A DNA stretch of 64,000 nucleotides, taken from Octopus sinensis (lineage: Eukaryota). The notes under the pieces were generated by a model. It had not been told where the DNA came from and ran no database searches. It was given only the letters and a program-made list of their open reading frames with translations. The stretch covers positions 17,868,464-17,932,463 of the forward strand of contig NC_043011.1 in the NCBI RefSeq assembly GCF_006345805.1, read 5' to 3'. A program made the position numbers and the translations under genes. This document shows, piece after piece, positions 13,632 through 28,076 of the stretch (within the stretch, counting starts at the first letter, position 1; the number at the start of each line of letters is the position of its first letter).

Positions 13632-14038
13632 TTTTATATGGATGTAAGCAGAACGAGCATTGAATGCTTACACTACTACTGGCAATCTCATTTCATATGC
13701 GGTTAGCAAATTACGCATATTTCTCACATAAATCTGAATCTGTTTCTCATATTCCTCCACCTCACGGCACCAAAAATCGGTAAGGCACATCCTTTGTAAG
13801 GTCAGGATATGCTCTTGGAGAAATAAATGAAGAAGGAATGAGGCAGTGGGACGAGAAATGGTGAAAGAGAAACTGGGGGAAATGTACGCTACAGTTGGGA
13901 TTAGAATCGCATTACAGCACGCTAGACCATAACCGCGTAGTTACCGGGATGTGATACTTTTTAGCAGAAAAAGGAAAATATTAGGATTAAATTATTGTTT
14001 ATAAAAGATGCAATATTTGTTAATATTAACATAATTGT

Positions 14039-14240
14039 AGGTGGTGAGCTGGCAGAAGCGATAGCGTTCGGTGTAAGATACATAGCGGCATTTCGACCAT
14101 CTTCAAAGTCTGAGTTCAAAATCCACCGAAGTCGACTTTGCCTTTCATCGTTTTGAGATTCATAAACTAATTACCACTGGAGTAAATGTAATCGATTTAC
14201 CTAATCCCCGAAGTTTATGTCCTTGAGCCACAATTCGAAA
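14039..14240 (+). mobile_element. SINE family B, diverged
   Basis: GGTGAGCTGGCAGAA head, GAGTTCAAA B-box and GTCGACTTTGCCTTTCATC core. Confidence 0.75.
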
Positions 14241-15373
14241 TATTAATTCAATATTAATTCAAACATCCGGCATATTTCAGTAGCGTGATAAATTTATAGT
14301 GTATGTTGTTAGAATACTTTTGATCTCACCACACCGCTATATCTAATCAATGATAATTTTATGTAAACTCTTAGGTAGGCCTAAATAAAGTTTTATTTCA
14401 GAAAAAAAAACGTATACCTTTCAACGGTAGATATGCAGGATATTGGAACTGTAAAGAAGACAAGCTATGTTTCCTGTTATATAGTGAGAATTTCGTAGAT
14501 GAAATCTTCGCGGTATCTCAAAAGGCTCGTTGTACTTGTAAAGTATTTCCATGAAACTTTTTCTCATATATTATCGTAACAAATGCTAATTAATATTGTT
14601 TCAGAGATGCGTCACAACACAGCAATCAATATAAAGAGAGTTCAATGTACAAAAATGCATTAGCAATTATTCATTTTTTTTAATGAATATTAAATATATG
14701 ATTTGAATGTTATTTGTTCGAACTTTCAAAATAATTTGTTTAATATGACTTAATAACAGGGAGCAATTGCATCAGTGGAATTCTTGACTCGTTTGAATAA
14801 TCATTTCTAAACTACCATCCGCTTCAAGAGGTTTCAACTAGCTTTCATTGAATTATAAACGTTGATTTATACATAAACACATAGATAACACAGACGCTCA
14901 CGCACGCAAAAACAGAGCTTCCTTCTACACACACACACGCGAGTGCACACACACTGTGTATATAGAATACACACGTGAATGTGTTATGTGTCTTGCTCTG
15001 AATTCAAACAGATTCTCAAGTACCAGCATCATTGACAATTGCAAGCTTATCAATGTTTGAGGAAGCCACATAATCAAAAAGAAACTTGGAATAAAGTTAA
15101 CAATCGTGTTCTCATATCAAATAGTGAAAAGTCAAATTGGGTTCCTGTTCAAGTACTATATCTTATGAACTATATTACGAATAAATATAATGCACTAAGG
15201 CTGTGTTTATCTCTCTATAGAAATATCTGCCAAAGAATTTAATCTAACATATGCGCAAAGAAGACAATAGAGGCAGTAAGAAAAGATTCAGGTTACCAAG
15301 ATAGAAAAGAATAATGAAAATAATTTTAAAATGTACCTACGTATCTATATGTATATATCTATATGTATGTATG

Positions 15374-15425
<52 letters not shown>

Positions 15426-15452
15426 CACATATATTTATATTTATATATGTAA

Positions 15453-15489
<37 letters not shown>

Positions 15490-15605
15490 CATGTATATTT
15501 ATATATATGTGTGTATATATGTATATATATATATATGTATTTATATACATATGTGTATAAATGTATATATATGTATATTTATATATAAGTGCATATACGT
15601 GTACA

Positions 15606-15680
<75 letters not shown>

Positions 15681-15869
15681 CCGATCTTATTCTTAGTGTA
15701 TATAGTGTCTATATGCAATATGTGTGCGTGTTTAAACCACTGTGTTTGTATGTATATGCACACATAATTACGTATGTGTAAGCATATATCTCTATATGCT
15801 CGTGTATTTATATCAATGAAAGTGGGAGAAAATAATGTGATGTATTCACACAAAAATTGAACTGTTACG

Positions 15870-15930
<61 letters not shown>

Positions 15931-18302
15931 TGCATACATATGTGTGTGTATGAGAGCGTGTTTGTGTGTGTGTTCCTATTTTTTTATCCCTCTGTCTTTA
16001 CATTTTCATAATGTTTTGCAGAACTTATTTATAGATTTGATTTATACCGCTCTGCTGTACGACGAATAAAATAAACGCATCTGTTCTTTCCGTCAATTTG
16101 GCATTAATATAAACATTCATAGTGTATTACATCTGCATCTGCTTGGGTAGTTCCCAAGACAACCCTATTGACCCAAGTGACGAATGGAGGGAATGATTTA
16201 ATCAAGACTTACGATATATATGTAAGAAAGAATTCGGGGACGACGGAATGTAATATGTAGACCTGAAAAATTAGTTGACCATTAAACGTGATTGATCGTA
16301 GGCAACTCTTCTCAAGAAATCTCTGAAACGCAGCTTTCGTGAGATGCTTGAGTAAATGAACATTATGTTAAGGATACGATTCCTTATCCGATTCCACGGA
16401 CGGTATTTACTTTATATTTACTTTATCGTAAATAAATATATTTTCTTGTATGAATACATTAGTTTTTATCCAAAAAGCAGCAATAACAGTTTGTAGTTAT
16501 GAATCCGTGCCCTATCGTGTATAACATAACCAGAGCTGATGGAGATAAATCGATATTATATTTAGAATCAACGTCCAATATTTAACTATAACAGTAGTCT
16601 TATATCTCGGACATAAAATTCTGTGATGCTAACTGTTTTGAAATCACTGTCAATAAGTGACTTTTAATATTATAGGTGAAGATATAGTTCATATTCAATT
16701 ACGTAATGTATTTTCTGTGTCACTCTCAAATGCCCTATTATCCATATTGATTAATAATATTGGTTCTGATTGAAGTACAAAATAAATGACGCAAATTGGT
16801 CTGCTAGAATTAGAAACATATAGCCTTAAACTTTCACGAAATGCCTTCATTTTCAGTAATTGTCAGGTATCATTTTATTGCGATTATATGCCACAATATT
16901 ACTTTTACATAAAATGAAATGATACTAGTGAGTAAATTAAGTACGTTTCTACCTACAAGTAAGTTTATCTCTCTTAGGCTCTGTTTGGATGTTTGTCTAT
17001 ATATTACAATGATAAACATGGCTCATTAATTTAATATTCACATATTAGTGTGGGATAGGTTTTGGCCCTTTTCTAGACGTCTCATTATTTTTATTTAATC
17101 TTCTGTATGTATAATGGTCTTTTAGTAATTCAATGCAAAATCACCTTTTTAAAAAATAATCAGATTATTGATTATTCCTGGGGTATGTGAAAACCAGCCT
17201 ACTATATATTCAAACTCGTTTTCATATTCTTTAATATTTATTTGAACCATCAGTTTAGCTGTACTATTTAAGTTATAATGACTACAAACGTTTCCTCAGA
17301 CATATTTTTCAAAAATCAGCTTGCATATTGGGTGCAGAGCAACAAGACTGGTCATCGGAAATATCAAATCTGCAATATAAATATTTCTTCGGATATAATT
17401 TTAAATTTGAATATCATTATTTTTAACGATTTCCAATTCTTTTCATTGTAGTTCTGCTGAATTTCACGCTGATTTTGAATAGTCGTTCTTACTTTTGCTT
17501 GGTTAGTCGATAATTGTGCAAAAGCAAAAACCCTGTCCTCAACTCAGGATTTGAGTAATCGTAAATTTCTTTTTCCTTGCATTAAAGTATACTACTACTT
17601 ACTTCACTATTTAATACGATACTTAAGCAACAATCTAACCATCAATATGTGGTATTTACGCTTATATTAATATACATATTTTCTGATTGTATTGCAGAAT
17701 ATACAACATATTATTTGCTTTGTATGAATGGAATCAAAGGTTATTTATGGCTGTATTTGAGCTAAAGTCTATGTTAATTCACAAGCCTGGTTAGAACTAA
17801 AAATATAAACAACAGTCTTATGTGAAATTTAAAATGTTTCAAGAAGAAAGAAATCTAAAATAAATATATACACGATATTCCGTAAGAGTATGCTAAACAG
17901 GAAACTGAAACTATAATTTCTTTATTGGTGAACAGAATATATGTTTACAAGGTAACAAAATTAAAATCATACACTGGAGACATAATCGCTGTCCATTTCG
18001 GATTAGTGTTTGAGGTTATAAATTTCATAGTTACAAAATGTATGGCGTTTGCACTTAAAATATATTACAATGCGCTCATTCCTTTTATAATATTCCCGTA
18101 GCTCCTTAGGGAAGCATTTGACATAGAAATTAATATTGTTAAAACTAGCAACTTTTAAAACTTTGATCTCTATCCCAAATGACATTTCAATATCCCGCAA
18201 ATATGATACAGAATGATAAAACAAATTTAAATGGCATTGTGTACAGGCATGCCGGTTCTGCAACGATATGTGTATATATGTGTGTGGGTGTGTGTTTGTA
18301 TG

Positions 18303-18346
<44 letters not shown>

Positions 18347-18362
18347 AATATATATATGCATG

Positions 18363-18393
<31 letters not shown>

Positions 18394-18552
18394 GTGTGTG
18401 TGTGTGTATATATGTATGCATATATATACTACATAGATAGACATACACACACAGACATGGGCAACGGGCACATATTCCAATGAGATCTTTGGCAAATGTA
18501 TCGGTAATACCTAATAGCGTATATATATATTTTAAAAAATGAGGGCGTGTAC

Positions 18553-18595
<43 letters not shown>

Positions 18596-18904
18596 ATATA
18601 AGTATTTGTATGTGCATATACGTTTGTGTGCGTGCGCTTATGTGTGAGCGCGGCTTTGTGTTGCTACATTTTATTTTATATCCAAATGCACCTGAGAACA
18701 TACAATATCTACTGTATATATGACCGTGTGTGTACGAAACATGATACTTATCAGTGTGTGATAGAGACGTCTAGATTATTAATGACTGGTGCATTGTTGA
18801 TTTTATGGTTTCATGGTATAAGTTATAGTTTCGTAGCGTGTAATATTTAAAAGGCCAAATAAAAATTACACGTATTTTCTTTTTTATAACGACAAAGGAA
18901 AACG

Positions 18905-19110
18905 GTTTTAAATTTTGGCACAAGACCAGAAAATTCGTGGACCCGGATAAATTGATTACATCGAACTGAACGCTTAAATGGTATTATTTTATCAACCCGA
19001 AAGAATGAGAGGCAAAACAATCCCTGGCAGAATATTATCTTAGAACGTAAATACGGACAAAATGCCGCAAGGCATTATATCACACATGCTAACGACTCTG
19101 CAAGTTCATA
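18905..19110 (-). mobile_element. SINE family B, strongly diverged
   Basis: TTTATCAACCCGAAAGAATGAGAGGCAAA...ATGCTAACGACTCTGC matches the minus-strand consensus of family B. Confidence 0.6.
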
Positions 19111-20029
19111 ACTTTGACAGTAGATAAGATTGGTTTCAAATGTTAGCCGAAGACTAGTATTTCGAGGGAAGGATAGGTCGGGTATAATTAAATGTTAATA
19201 ATGTCTAAAGTTATTTTCCCCGTGAATTCCTAATCAGCTTTAGACAGTAATTATTTTCGTCTTTAATAAGTCAAAATTTAAAGGAGTTCGAAATAAGTAT
19301 ATATAAAACGAGTACATATATGTAACCATTTTCATATTTCGTTTTATGGAGTGTGAAATTCGGATTAAAATTTTTAATCGTTCTTTGCATCGGAATGAAA
19401 TTATAATGTACTTTGTAAAAGTCGTATAAGTCGAAATTTCCAAATGCATGTCTAGCATTCTAGATGCAGTTACCTGAATATCCACCGGAAAGAGAAGGTG
19501 TATATGCTAATGAATAGCTGTTTCTTCTCTTCAACAAACATAGGTATGTAATTACAAAATAACTCCATAATACAAAGGCCTACACCTCAAACAACTGCAA
19601 AGAGATTAGCGAAGTATTGTTGTTGAAAAAGCTAGAAGTAATCATAACTGTAAATTATCGCTTCTATGCAGAATGTCCCCCAAAATATTTATTATTCTTT
19701 AAGTAGACACTAAGAAATTTCTCTCAGCTTCACAGCTTCGTAAACGACTAACGTTGATAGGAGAAAAGAAAATAAATATTCCATGAATTTCCTCCACATT
19801 GTAATTATTTACAACTTTTAGGAAATGATTAATATCATGCTCACGTTATCTTTTTTTTAAATAGAATACTACTATATATGAATATCTATTAAGTAATTAA
19901 TTAGAGAAACTTACATTACATATGCATCGTATGCATATTTATTTATTATTGAACTTCTAATGTGCATGCTTTCTCTTACGACGATATTATTAGCTACTTT
20001 TGAACTGCTGTAGGCGTTTGAGGGACCAA

Positions 20030-20083
<54 letters not shown>

Positions 20084-20854
20084 TGTATATGTGTGTGTGT
20101 TGTGTTGTATGTGTGTATGTGTGTAACTACGCAGACAGACCGAGAGAGTGTCACACAAATTCATAGATAACGAAATGTTTGCGCCAAGACGTTTGAGCAA
20201 AATTAACGTTTCTTAAAATATGGTTGTGACATAATTCAACTGCTAGGTACACCCCTTTCCCAAGAATCAACAAACTCTAGTCATCGATGCCTGGCATTTC
20301 TGATAGATGGCGTCACTCAAGAAACCGGGATTTTTCAAACGTTTTAGCATAAAAGAAATATTTTCTCCACGGTAACTATAGCACTTTAGTAGGTGAAATA
20401 TGTCAAACATATTTTAACTAATCTTAATGGATAAATATACATGAAGCTATCGGTATATGTATACATATGTATGTATGTATATATGTAAGCATGTATGTAT
20501 ATATGTATGTGCCTGTGTGTTCAGTAGTACAGATAACACAATGTAAATACATCGTCCAGATGTGCAAATGCGAGCGTTAAGATTTGAAATGAGAGTGCGA
20601 GCATTTATGCGTATGGTAACCTCAAATTTACATTATTCGACACGCAGTCCGCATCAGAGTAGCTTTTATTCTTGGTGGAAATGTCAAATTTTGAAGTGTC
20701 GATTAACCAACGCACAGTAAATTTTTATAGTCAGTGATATGGCCACTGCATCTATTTATCCGGATTCAAAATGACTATCACATGTATGTAATGTACACTT
20801 ATATATAAAGACACACAGACACACACATACACACACACCACACACACACACACA

Positions 20855-20909
<55 letters not shown>

Positions 20910-22349
20910 GTTTATTCAGGAAACGCTTACACCTGTTTCATTTATCATTTCGGAAAAGGGTTACATTTTCAAATAATTAGTCTTTGTAATAGAGAAAATA
21001 CATGTAATATAAACTCATTTTGTAGGAATCTAAGACATTCATGACTTCTCAATTGAAACGGCTAGAAAATCGTTTTAAATATGTGTGACAAAAGAATCAC
21101 TCCACAGTTTGTCCAAGAGGTGTTATTATTATAGAGAAACGTCTAAAATAACCGATATCATCTCATGTAATTACTAATTCGTATATATTTAAGTTTCATT
21201 TGATCGCATGTAAGAAGCAAAGTTTTTAACGCTTGGACAAAGTCTTCTGGCTCTATCTACTCCGTGTTTAAAATAGCGATGGCTCAACCGACAATACACA
21301 GAACACAGCAATAATTCTCTTTTTATTCTAAAATAGTTCCTTCGAACGAAAACATATAATTGTATACAATGGTTGATATGCACTTTATTGCAGTATATTT
21401 GTAACTTCTATACTATGCTGCAAGGATATTCCCGTCATTAAGACGTTTGCATTACAATCATATCGTTTTGTATTCAATCTCACTACGCAAAAATTTATGC
21501 AGCTTCTGGTAAAGCAGTGCCTCCGACAGTCATGTGTTAACAGTTCATAACTGAAAATTTACTTGTGAAATTCGGAGGTAAGCACCAGCACATTCCCTAA
21601 AAGCATAACCCAATTATGTGACGTAATGTATGTAATGTACCAATCAATTATATCTGGGGCCCGAAGGATTTTACATTCTCTTGTACGAGATTGAATACTT
21701 CCAAAATTTTGTGAGAAAGTGCTGTACTATTTGAGGGAAATTTGCATTACTATTTCTGTTACTATTTCTTACTTGCTTTAATTAACATAGAACCCTGTTA
21801 TAACTGACAAAAAAAACCTAAAATATAATCTGTATTTTCTTACAACCGATAATAAATTTCCAACACAAAATATCAGAACCAACTTCGCTACTAATTATCT
21901 TTCTCGTCAGTACTTCACTTCAGTTTTGGTTTGCAGTAGAAAAAAAATTATTATTCTAGTTGAAGTTATAAATACATAATTTTCACTTCGCTGTAGTAAT
22001 TTTGTCTAAGTTTATCTGATAAATATGTTAATTCTCTGAAACTAGCTGATCGGTAGTAAACAAAGACAAATATAACTTCCTTATAGTGTTTTTATATGCA
22101 GAGATATCTTCCGTTTATATCTTCTCTAAACTTGCTGAGTCACGTTTATACACAAATTTCATACAAGGCAAAATCCCAAATATTGAAATATTCCATTTAA
22201 TTCGGATATTTTTCGAAGCTATAAACATTGCTATTATTCAGCCCCACTGTTCATAATACGTTTTAAATATAACATATCATGAATGAAAAGTTTTGTTTTA
22301 TTTTCAGCAAAATATTCCTTTCAATATTATTTTTATCAAAACAATGCAT

Positions 22350-23040
22350 CTTTATTGTCATAGCAGGAGCGTTTTCAGTTTATTGCTTACGTAGCGTACA
22401 GTTGTTTGTTGAGCAAGTATCCTTTGTAGAATGTTTACTATATACGAGGGAGAAAATTGGCTGAAATAACAAAAATATCGAATTGTTAATAGAAATCTAT
22501 CTAAAAAGAGAAAAATACATTTGTAAGAAGAATGAATAAGTATAAGAGGAATCATTTGAATTGTACAAACATCTTGTCCACTTGCCAATATTATTCTTTA
22601 TTTAACAAACCTTCTACACCATTCTGTACAAGCTTCAACAACAAATAATGAAGTTTCCTGGTCTCAGGCCAAATACACGCTCTTATACACCTTTAAAGTT
22701 TTGCCAGCTTCCTTTAACTAGAACTTAGATTTCCTTCCCAAATGTCCTGAAATTTCTGGTTACAAAACTACTTTTCTGTACAATTGACAATTGTTAAGCT
22801 TCTTAAAAATGCAATATATTAAATTCTTCTTTTTTGCTCTTTCCATTAGAAGTTGATCTGAATCAGAAAAAAAAAGTTTCGACTTAATTTCACAATTATA
22901 TAAAACTAAGCTGCAATAATCGGAAAATGGTATTGTCGTTTGGGCTTTCAATTAAATTTCTTCTCTTTATGAATTTAAGGTTTCCATTTGCTTCAAGACA
23001 TTTCAATCCCTCTTTCTAATCAGAAATGCATTAAATGCAC
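22350..23040 (-). mobile_element. Highly decayed Gypsy-type integrase remnant
   Basis: Minus strand gives ISGHLG at ~22736-22753, then a frameshifted VYWP at ~22665-22678, then ACTEWC. This spacing fits the HHCC zinc-binding region of Gypsy integrases. Many stops. Confidence 0.3.
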
Positions 23041-25290
23041 TTATGAATTATATTCGAAGACTGCAATATTTCTGTAGATTAAATCGTATGAAACGAACTT
23101 TTATTAAAAACTTCTCAGCGGATTTTGTTAAATTAATTAAAATCAAAACAAACGAAGAATTAAAACAAGCCAATAAAAAGGAAATTGAGTACCACGTACT
23201 TTGAACTGAGAGATCAAACAATAGCACATAATTTTATATATTTGAAAAAGTAATAAATGTAATTAGCAATAAAATATAGGTAACAAGTAAACACGAAAAC
23301 ACTGAATTTTATTGATTAATCTGTATTTTACCTTTATTTTGCTATGCTGAAACAATTGTTTGCTATTTGTGAAAGTACTCCATTGTTAACTTGAATGCTT
23401 AGATACTATTGTCAGCAGAAATCTAACAATATATTGTTTCTCTTTCAGCTTTTCACATTCTGATAGTTTTAATTACCTCAAAATAAACATATTTATGTTA
23501 TCAAAAGTATATCTTATTAGCATTATAGAATTACATACATTATTGATTGGGTCATTAGGGCACAATTGTCATTACTTTATGTCTTAGTCTATTATGGTAG
23601 CTGTATCCATGCCAAATTATACCAGTAGAAATCTCAAACATTGAAGCAAAAATCAGGATTTGATATTTGTAAAAGAATTACGCATACGTAATTAAAATCT
23701 GCTTGTGAACGAGAAATATCACGAAGACCACCAATGATCATTGCCCTGCAAAATATCAGCAATGACCATGTATGAGGTTATTGCACTCATGGTTGATTTC
23801 ACATGGATTCATGCTCGCTGCGTTGTTACTCGTCACGGTGTTATCCTAATCGCCCGGCCATGGCATTGAAAAGCACCTCGTCGGCTATTGCACAATACAA
23901 CAGTTTTGCTCCTATAACGTTTGCTCAGCGCCTCGAACTTTTTCTCCACCCTACTGATAAGACCATAAGACAAACAACGACAAGATACTCAGAACTAATC
24001 AAAGTCGCAGTCTCAGAAATGTGGAAGCAGAAATTTCCCAACATGTTGAATGCTCTTCACTTCGTATCTCCTAGAAAAACGCGCTAAGAACTCTGAACAT
24101 CAAACATTAACCTCTGATGGGTCCATGATATTACTACATAATTATTGAACTATACTAGATTCATCCTACCTTTTGACAAATTTTCTCTCAGTCCTAGTGG
24201 GTTTCTAGCAATCCCTCTCGCTAGACAAGCCTAGTGGGTAAGCAATACCTCTTCTCAAAGGGCATATTAACAATGCATCTTATTGTATTAATTAAAGAAA
24301 ATTCAGAATAGAAATCTCAAGACGAAATTAATGAATTACATTTCTAAATTTCCGCTGACGCTCCTTTATATTGTCCAGAAGATAGTCATATTATATTTTT
24401 TGTTCAAATATAATATCCCTGATGAAAATGACGTAGACATTTTAATTACGTACACAATTTTATCAAGCTTTCTGCAGAACGCAGAACTTCCAGTTACAAT
24501 TTTTGTAACAAAAGCAGGATTCTTCTAGAAGACTCCTAAATTTCTATTCTACCTGTGATTGTAGTTATTTATACCGTTTTTATTTTTATTTTTATTTTTG
24601 TAATTTAATCTCAGAGCTCTGGCTATACGGGGGCACCACCGTTTTGCTAGTCATCATAGTCTCAGGGCATAAAAGAGCTTATATGTTTCTGGCATAAACT
24701 ATGCTAATTATCTTTCCTCCAAATTATTTGTGGCATCTACATGACTTGTTAATTCTCCGTGACAACGCTGAAACTTATGATGTTTCTATAGCAACGTTTA
24801 AAACATTGATATCAACTAGAAGTAATATTGCATCGTCATGTATCAATGAATTCTGTGTGGATTGCACTAACAACAGTACCTTTTAAAGTGTGGGCATGTT
24901 CTATCATTAAAAGACTACAACTGATATATAGTCAAATTCAAATGACAATTAAGTAAATGACGTTATTTTAGAAAAATTCAAATCAGGATCTCGGGTGAAA
25001 TATTGACGGCAAATGAAAAGTGTGTATAATTTAAATGGAATGTAAAATGTAATGATATAAGCCTGGTTTACCACGCAAAATTAAGATAAAAAGGGGGAAA
25101 TCAGCATCTTAGAGAACTACAGATAACAAATATTTCAAGAAATAAATATATAGCAGTTGTTATATGTTGAGTGGCTAAAAGTGTATCGAAAATATTTAAG
25201 ACTGTTAGTAATATATTGAATATAACGATAGGAGATCGGATTTTCTTGTGATAAGCACATACTTCCTAAATTAGGTGCAGACGTACAAAC

Positions 25291-25354
<64 letters not shown>

Positions 25355-26292
25355 TGTCTGCATGTTAATCAATCAATTATCTACATATCAATCTAAAAAT
25401 CTATGTACCTATGAATGGGAACAGTATTATGGCACAATCAGGTTGAGGAACGGGTGACTAAATGTTTAGAGAAGTTGTGTTCGAATAAACATTAAGTGTG
25501 GAGAAAAAAATAGCTGTTGTCCCCTCTGGAGGTGAACAGAGGTGACGGTGGAGGGGGCACGTTCGGAGCATCAATATAAACTGTGTATAGTATTTGAACT
25601 CTTTTAGGTGGAAGAATAAGGAAGCACCATTTCCCTATCCCGTTGTATCTGGAGAGTACCTCGTCACCGCAACGACTTGTCCAACAACAAACGAAGTGTC
25701 AGCTACGTGGCCTCTGCGTAGTTACCTAGAACTTGCAATCTCCGGTTTAAACCCCACGATGGATTACAGATACTCCACCAACCTGCAGTATCCATCAATA
25801 AGAATAATAAAATATGAAAAACCAACTTAGGCTTGCCTGCTTCTCACTCCATAGCGCAAGATTTAGCATCTGATTGACGTACAGACTACAAGCTCATCCA
25901 CGTGAACACTTGTACCTCCAAATTTTAATTCAGAATCCAGCACCACAAAATCGAGTTACTCTCAAAGAAAGGTTGCCTCTCTTATAGTGTTAGTGCTCCA
26001 CTACCCTGTGTAAGCATCTTACTCTGGATTCATGTAAAAATGTAAAACTCCATGATGTAACTACACGGAGTCTGATGGCGACTGTTTTCGTCCTTCTTCG
26101 TTTTCATTGGTGTTTCCTAAGTTTCCTGTTTCCAAAGACGAGCTTTGTTCGAAACATAAAACAAGCACACTTTCTTTCCTTCGCGGACTCTCTTATTAAT
26201 ACTTTGCATGCACCACGTCCTCGCGTTGTCGCTGTTTCCTGTTGGCTAACTTTGTTGTTGTTTTTTTTTAAATATATATACATATATATACA

Positions 26293-26700
26293 AGAGTGGC
26301 TGTGTGATAAGTAGCTTGCTACCCAACCACATGGTTCCGAGTTCAGTCCCACTGCGTGGCATCTTGGGCAAGTGTCTTCTGCTATAGCTCTGGGCCGACC
26401 AATGCCTTGTGAGTGGATTTGGTAGACGGAAACTGAAAGAAGCCTGTCGTATATATGTATATATATATATGTGTGTGTGTGTTTGTGTATGTGTGTGTCT
26501 GTGTTTGTCCCCCTAGCATTGCTTGACAACCGATGCTGGTGTGTTTACGTCCCCGTCACTTAGCGGTTCTACAAAAGAGACCGATAGAATAAGTACTGGG
26601 CTTACAAAGAATAAGTTCCGGGATCGATTTGCTCGTCTAAAGGCGGTGCTCCAGCATGGCCGCAGTCAAATGACTGAAACAAGTAAAAGAAAAAAAGAAA
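26293..26700 (+). mobile_element. SINE family A, full length
   Basis: Near-identical organisation to 11286-11689. Confidence 0.9.
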
Positions 26701-27946
26701 GAAACAAAAATATGAATGTATGTGTGTGTACATAATAATGAATTCTTAGGAATGAGAGCTCAACAGAGGATGTTATGTTAAGTAACTCCTTTTTTAATAT
26801 CAATTATTTTGCCGCATTCAGTCAATTTATAAACTGACATACGAATGTCAATCCTTATTGAATGTGTTTGTAAAACGCATCAGTTTGGTCATTCAATGAT
26901 ATAATGACGCTTCTTCAATAAAAGATGCTGAATTAGATTTTTCTTTTTACAGCCTAGACAAGAATGTCCACTACGTCACTAAAACATATAAAAGCAAAAA
27001 TATATGATTGCTGACGTGAATATAGTCTCTAAATCGATAATTAAATGAAAATAAAATAATATTATTAACCAACTTCGTTTAAAATAAACTTTTTCCAATT
27101 CTGTTTATTATTCGCATGTACAATTAAATGTTTAAAAGTCTCTATTTCGAGACTTGCAGAGTAAAGGCATAATGAGCTAGGCTCTGCATGACGACATAGG
27201 ACTAGACTACTTATGGATATCTTACTGTTTTCATATGTGGACGAAGGTCCTGACAGGGCAATAGATACTAGAGCAGCGTCTGCCATTCATAAGTACAATC
27301 ATACTTAATCACGTGTCTAACACTCCGGTGGAATCATTCAAAGATCTTTCGGTTATTTTACACAGTGTGTAGAAAGAGAACATTTTTATCTCTGATATTA
27401 AGTTAGTGTTAAATATTATTGTACACAGTGTAACATGCATCACTGCATACATTTACAAACATACCTGCACACAAATACACACGCATATAGATAGAGAAGT
27501 GTAGCAAATGTGTCATTAATAAAAGAATGCAGCATCAAAGCATAAAAACAAAATATATCATTAGTGTATATAACGCTGCCAGTATTGGAAGAAAAGATAA
27601 TACATCTCAGACATTATATACACGAGAAAGAGAGAGCTATTACTTATCCTAGTCTCTAAATATGGTTAAAGATATATAGCCGTTACTATTGACTACCAGA
27701 AGAGTCTTCCGTTTTAAGATAACGTAGAGTTTAGATGGCATTAAATCCATAGGAATTAATTCGCTTAAACCCGTGACAAGTAGTTCGAACTTGAATCCCT
27801 TAATTCTTTCCACTTCTATTCTTTGTAACGTTTATAGAAATGTACGAAAAGCTAAAAAAAATTGCTCAAAGCACATTCCGTAACTTAACCAAATTCACAA
27901 TTCTCGTACAAGATTAACGAACTCCTTTCCTAGATCTGCTCCTTTG

Positions 27947-27947
<1 letters not shown>

Positions 27948-28002
<55 letters not shown>

Positions 28003-28021
28003 GCTACTGCTGCTGCTGCTG

Positions 28022-28064
<43 letters not shown>

Positions 28065-28076
28065 AACAACAACAAA
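27948..28076. repeat. (CTA)n/(CTG)n/(CAA)n trinucleotide array
   Basis: Directly visible. Confidence 0.95.

Noticed and set aside
23803-24087. 94 aa ORF as a host gene or SWIM-finger fragment
   Set aside because: No complete motif, and upstream stops in frame. At most part of a decayed transposon.
25520-26060. GC-richer block with a 78 aa ORF, possibly an LTR or exon
   Set aside because: No second copy, PBS, PPT or recognisable domain seen.
27226-27249. Candidate 24 nt minus-strand micro-exon (GPSSTYEN) with CAG / GTAAGA boundaries
   Set aside because: Splice-like signals are common by chance, and no partner exons or homology could be established. Needs RNA-seq.
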